Shown piece by piece: positions 28,298-32,000 of a DNA stretch of 32,000 bases. The stretch is from Defluviitaleaceae bacterium (GTDB lineage Bacteria; Bacillota; Clostridia; Lachnospirales; WRAX01). The stretch is taken from positions 36,673 to 68,672 of the forward strand of contig WRBK01000006.1 of NCBI GenBank assembly GCA_009784575.1. The letters run 5' to 3'. The notes beneath the pieces were generated by a model. It ran no database searches. It saw only the letters and a program-made list of their open reading frames with translations, and was not told the DNA's origin. Within the stretch, counting starts at the first letter, position 1; the number at the start of each line of letters is the position of its first letter. The translations under genes and the position numbers were made by a program.

Positions 28298-29179
28298 ATG
28301 AATAATAATCCGAAAAGAATTTACATAGCTGATGATGAAACAAATATAAGGTCTGCCATAAAAACATTTCTGGAAAATGCGGGCTATAGCGTAACGGATT
28401 TTGAAAATGGTGATTTACTACTTGATGCCTTTGCTGAAAAGCCAGCAGATTTGGTAGTGCTAGATGTTATGATGCCTGGCAGCAATGGTTTTGTTGTGTG
28501 TAAAGAGCTGCGCAAGACAAGTACCGTGCCAATTATCATGCTAACGGCGAGAGATAGCGACTTAGACTATGCCACGGGCTTGGATATTGGTAGTGACGAT
28601 TATCTTGTAAAACCTTTTAGTCCCATGGCTTTGGTTATGCGCATAAAGGCAATATTTAGGCGTATGGAATACGATAAAAAAGTATATGCTGAGCAAGATA
28701 TGCTAACAGGGCTTCTTGACAAAATATCTGGTATCAACCTGATACAGAATAAATTGATGACAAGTGCAGAGAAGTCTCAGCACGCCCTATATGTAGTAGA
28801 TATCGACAATTTCAAGAATATTAATGACAATCTTGGTCATTCCGAGGGCGATAAGGTTTTGATTGATACTGCTGGGGCATTAACAGAGCTTTTTAGGGAT
28901 TCTGATATCGTTAGCCGTTTTGGCGGCGACGAATTTATCGTGCTTGCTACAGATATCAAAGATGCGGTTTTTGTGGAAAAAAGAGCGAAGGAAATATGCT
29001 CTGCATTACGCAAAAATTATGGCGAGGGAGAAAATATACATAGCATCTCTGCAAGCATTGGCATTTCACTGTATCCTACCCACGCTACCACATATGAAGA
29101 TTTATTTGATTTGGCAGACAAGGCAATGTACAAAACCAAGGGAAATAGCAGAGACGGATATACCTTACACGAGGAGTGA
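28298..29179 (+). CDS. Response regulator with a receiver domain fused to a GGDEF diguanylate cyclase domain
   Basis: GAGGAGGA lies 8 nt upstream. Receiver residues are present (ADDE, VLDVMMPG, MLTAR, LVKPF). The GGDEF domain has DIDNFKNINDNLGHSEGD and RFGGDEF (GGDEF codons 28922-28936). An RxxD I-site (RDSD) lies 5 residues upstream of GGDEF. Confidence 0.9.
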   Translation: MNNNPKRIYIADDETNIRSAIKTFLENAGYSVTDFENGDLLLDAFAEKPADLVVLDVMMPGSNGFVVCKELRKTSTVPIIMLTARDSDLDYATGLDIGSDDYLVKPFSPMALVMRIKAIFRRMEYDKKVYAEQDMLTGLLDKISGINLIQNKLMTSAEKSQHALYVVDIDNFKNINDNLGHSEGDKVLIDTAGALTELFRDSDIVSRFGGDEFIVLATDIKDAVFVEKRAKEICSALRKNYGEGENIHSISASIGISLYPTHATTYEDLFDLADKAMYKTKGNSRDGYTLHEE

Positions 29180-29181
29180 TT

Positions 29182-30243
29182 ATGATGTTTGGTAGATATA
29201 GGAATGCTAATAAAAAAATGAGATTACGCAAGAAGATGTTAGTAGCATTTTCTGCCGTGCTTTTTTCTTCGTTTTTTCTTACGGCCGTCATCTTCAATAT
29301 AGTAATAAGAATGCGTATGCCTGCAACAGAAGAGGGCTACATGCCACCGCAAGAGCATGTTTTTATAGGCATGGCAGGCACTACACAGGCCGCGCTTGTT
29401 GTTGTGATGTTTTTTGTGGCAGTAGTAGTGACATATTTTTTAGCAAATTCCATTACGCATCCTATTGAAAAGCTAGGCAAATTTGCTCTTGGCATAGGCT
29501 CTGGCAACTTCAAGCCAAATGACTACGAATTTAACGATATAGAGCTGGAAGAGCTAAATGCCGCACTAAATAAATCTGTGCGGCAACTAGCTGTATATGA
29601 TAGTGAACAAAAAACCTTCTTTCAAAATGCCTCGCATGAACTACGCACGCCGTTGATGTCCATAAAATGCTATGCAGAGGGCTTGGTTTATGGGCTTATG
29701 GACTCAAAGCAGGCGGGCGAAACAATTCTGGCAGAAACAGATAAATTGGCGGAGTTGGTATCTGATTTGCTATATATATCCAAAATAGACAATATAACCA
29801 CTGCCTACGCTACATCAGTAGTAAATTTGGTGGATATTATCAAAGATTCCGCTGGTCGCCAACAAGCCATGGCGGACAAGGGTCAAATTTCCTTTGCCTT
29901 TACTTTTGACAGAGAAACAATTAGTTATGAATGTGTTCCAGAATTAATGGCAAGGGCAATAGATAATCTTATCTCAAATGCCATACGCTATGCTTCGTCC
30001 GAAATTGCTATATCATGCCACAAAAAGCAAAAGCATATTGTAATAACTGTGTCAGACGATGGCAAGGGTATAGATTCTGAAATTCTACCTCATGTTTTTG
30101 AGCGTTTTTATAAGGGTGAAGGCGGCAACACGGGCATTGGACTAGCCATAGTAAAGTCAATTGTGGACCAATTAAACGGTAGCATAAAAGCCGAAAATTC
30201 GGATAAGGGCGGCGCAGTGTTTACAATCAATTTACCGCTATAA
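29182..30243 (+). CDS. Sensor histidine kinase with two TM segments and a very short external loop
   Basis: H box SHELRTPL, N box LISNAIRY, G1 DDGKGI, G2 GIGLAIV. The start is ATG 29182 or 29185, 5-8 nt after GAGGAG. Only about 20 residues separate the two TM segments. Confidence 0.88.
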   Translation: MMFGRYRNANKKMRLRKKMLVAFSAVLFSSFFLTAVIFNIVIRMRMPATEEGYMPPQEHVFIGMAGTTQAALVVVMFFVAVVVTYFLANSITHPIEKLGKFALGIGSGNFKPNDYEFNDIELEELNAALNKSVRQLAVYDSEQKTFFQNASHELRTPLMSIKCYAEGLVYGLMDSKQAGETILAETDKLAELVSDLLYISKIDNITTAYATSVVNLVDIIKDSAGRQQAMADKGQISFAFTFDRETISYECVPELMARAIDNLISNAIRYASSEIAISCHKKQKHIVITVSDDGKGIDSEILPHVFERFYKGEGGNTGIGLAIVKSIVDQLNGSIKAENSDKGGAVFTINLPL

Positions 30244-30786
30244 TTGCCCTTTGCGATAAACCCCATCTTCGCGCACCAAAAGTTTAAGTTCAATCATCTC
30301 TCGCCTGATTGTGCAAAAATCGTCATGAAAGTCCGCGATAATGATGTTTACCTCTCGCTCCTTGTACTCTTTGCCATGTTCAAAGGATTTAGCTATCTCC
30401 TCAAACACAATAGCTCTTTTCTTGCGCTGCGCTGGAATGGTTTTTAGCTTTCCGTATTCTATAAAATTCGATAGAACACTCTGCCTGTATGCCGCATCAC
30501 GGTCATTTTCTATGTCATCACCAGCCTCCGCTAAAAGCACATCAAGCACAATAAAAGACAGGGCATCGCGATTTAGCGAGTACATTGTGTAATACTGTTC
30601 CTTACGCGCTGTCACTATCCCTGCCGCCTCCAATTTCTTTAGATGGAAAGATGCCGTGGGCGGCGATAGCGCAAGTCGCTCTGATAGTCTCTCCACATAC
30701 ATATCCTCTATCGCAAGCGACTTTATAATTTGCAGGCGTGATTTGTCTGCAAGGCATTTGAAAAGTGCAATGATTTCGGTATTCAC
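30238..30786 (-). CDS. ArsR-family HTH regulator with a DUF2087-type C-terminal domain
   Basis: FKCLADKSRLQIIKSL...ERLALSPPTASFHLKKLEAAGIV is an ArsR-type wHTH. The C-terminal segment EREVNIIIADFHDDFCTIRREMIELKLLVREDGVYR fits DUF2087. I prefer the GTG start at 30786, 8 nt after AAGGGGA, which avoids overlapping the upstream ORF. Confidence 0.75.
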   Translation of the reverse strand: MNTEIIALFKCLADKSRLQIIKSLAIEDMYVERLSERLALSPPTASFHLKKLEAAGIVTARKEQYYTMYSLNRDALSFIVLDVLLAEAGDDIENDRDAAYRQSVLSNFIEYGKLKTIPAQRKKRAIVFEEIAKSFEHGKEYKEREVNIIIADFHDDFCTIRREMIELKLLVREDGVYRKGQL

Positions 30787-30787
30787 A

Positions 30788-31102
30788 TTACATATCCCCT
30801 TTCGCCTCTGCAAATTCGGCTTTTATGTCTTCCATTACGGCAATTTTTATGCGTTCTTCTGCCTCTTTTTCATGGTCATTGTTTTTAATTGCCTTTGCTA
30901 AAGATTCATGCCAAGCTTTGGGTATTACATCAATCATTTTAGCTGCCACATCTGGCGTTTTAAAAGTAGTAAAAATGCCATAAATATTTGCGCGAACTTT
31001 CTCAAAAATGGCTTCATCTTCGCGCCCTTCTTCTGTCATTTTCTTTGATTCTTCTATGCAATGCTCTTGTTTTTCTAGCAAATACCTTAAAAATTCATTC
31101 AT
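30788..31102 (-). CDS. Hypothetical helical protein (104 aa), no family recognised
   Basis: AGGAGAGG lies 6 nt upstream. It is packed between the aminopeptidase and ArsR-type genes with gaps of 11 nt and 1 nt. Confidence 0.5.
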   Translation of the reverse strand: MNEFLRYLLEKQEHCIEESKKMTEEGREDEAIFEKVRANIYGIFTTFKTPDVAAKMIDVIPKAWHESLAKAIKNNDHEKEAEERIKIAVMEDIKAEFAEAKGDM

Positions 31103-31113
31103 GATATCCTCTC

Positions 31114-32000
31114 CTATAAAATTGTACCTGTACCAACATAATCCATATGAAATGGCACATCATTTTCCCCGCCAAACATTGTATTGTTACCTATGCCTAT
31201 ATGAAAAGTACCCTTTGCCTTTTCGTCAAGCACGGTGTAGCCGCACAATTCGCTTATATTTGGATTTTGACCAAAAGCAAGCTCGCATATGGTTTTGCTT
31301 GCATCATCTAGCTCTGAAAGACGTTCATTCATTCCATCGCAGTTTGTTGAGACAATTTTGCCGTCCTCAATGGTCATCAAAACATCATCAAATTTGCCCC
31401 AGCATCCAGCAAAAAGTGTCTTAAAAAATACATTACCCTTGGTCTTGCCCTCCATTGGTGCGATATAGACCTCGCCAGCTGGTGAATCACCGTCTCCTGC
31501 ATCAATAAACCACTTTCGTCCAGTTAAATCAAAATAAAGCTTATGGTTATCACCTGTCACTAGCGTAATCTCTGCTTTTTTGTCTAGCTCGCCTACAGTT
31601 TTTTCACAATTTTTGTGCAAGACATCATAGTCAATGTCCATAGCGTATAGCATACGGTCGCGGTACTCTTCATATGGCAGATTCGATTCTTTCGCATTTT
31701 CCTCTGTTGGTATGCGTATCTGTGTAAATCTCTTTGCTTTTGATATAACATTAAAGAAATTGCTCATATATTTTCTATAAGCATCTGCTTGGAAGCCTTT
31801 GGGCGTTTCACCTGGGGCAACAGGGCGATAGCTAAAAATATCAATTACAGCATCAAAATTCGATATAAGGCTAAAATATTTTTCACAAAATGCGCCATCT
31901 TTGATATCCACAAACTTTTGCGCATTAATGCTACGTGATTGTTGCATCTCCACAGGGGATGCGCCCATGGCCGCAACAGTGCTTGCTATGGAGTGCATTA
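31114..32000 (-). CDS. M29-family aminopeptidase (AmpS/PepS type); the 5' end probably lies beyond the window
   Basis: The C-terminal block ELAFGQNPNI...VLDEKAKGTFHIGIGNN...GGENDVPFHMDYV matches the M29 pattern (E-x-GxNP, DEK, GxxHxAxG, H-x-D). The 294 aa visible are shorter than the roughly 370-410 aa usual for the family. Confidence 0.75.
   Translation of the reverse strand, partial: MHSIASTVAAMGASPVEMQQSRSINAQKFVDIKDGAFCEKYFSLISNFDAVIDIFSYRPVAPGETPKGFQADAYRKYMSNFFNVISKAKRFTQIRIPTEENAKESNLPYEEYRDRMLYAMDIDYDVLHKNCEKTVGELDKKAEITLVTGDNHKLYFDLTGRKWFIDAGDGDSPAGEVYIAPMEGKTKGNVFFKTLFAGCWGKFDDVLMTIEDGKIVSTNCDGMNERLSELDDASKTICELAFGQNPNISELCGYTVLDEKAKGTFHIGIGNNTMFGGENDVPFHMDYVGTGTIL

Noticed and set aside
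28298-29179. The possibility that the GGDEF domain is a Hypr-type cGAMP synthase, which would make the patatin pairing CBASS-like
   Set aside because: The specificity position in the GHxxG(D/S) segment is Asp (GHSEGD). That is the canonical GTP-specific state, so c-di-GMP is the expected product.

Overview
The gene content and order suggest a low-GC Firmicutes (Clostridia-like) chromosome, but that placement is inference. Positions 1-9.5 kb, on the minus strand, hold a cell-shape and division block. In transcription order it reads ZapA-like, FtsW/RodA-type SEDS protein, S41-peptidase-like lipoprotein, class B PBP, minC, minD, minE, rodA, mgsA, hslO, a small ORF, then a NadE-like gene start. 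Positions 9.6-15.3 kb, on the plus strand, look accessory: a 772-aa secreted multidomain protein, an 82-aa two-TM protein, an FtsH paralog and a beta-lactamase-fold serine hydrolase. Positions 15.3-17.9 kb hold a decayed IS630-family element that keeps its inverted repeats, a frameshifted phage tape-measure remnant and tRNA-Pro(GGG). gyrB and gyrA follow, but 1.5 kb of decayed genes separates them: a broken lipoprotein gene, one intact HicB-like ORF and one broken copy. The right end carries an XRE regulator, tRNA(CAU), an ABC-F ATPase and a patatin-like phospholipase tightly linked to a REC-GGDEF response regulator and a short-loop histidine kinase. It finishes with a minus-strand M29 aminopeptidase / small protein / ArsR-DUF2087 operon. 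No CRISPR array, rRNA or recognisable complete defence system was seen. The most system-like candidates are the patatin/GGDEF/kinase operon and the S41-like gene lying between a SEDS protein and its PBP. Both are hypotheses based on gene linkage, not demonstrated systems.
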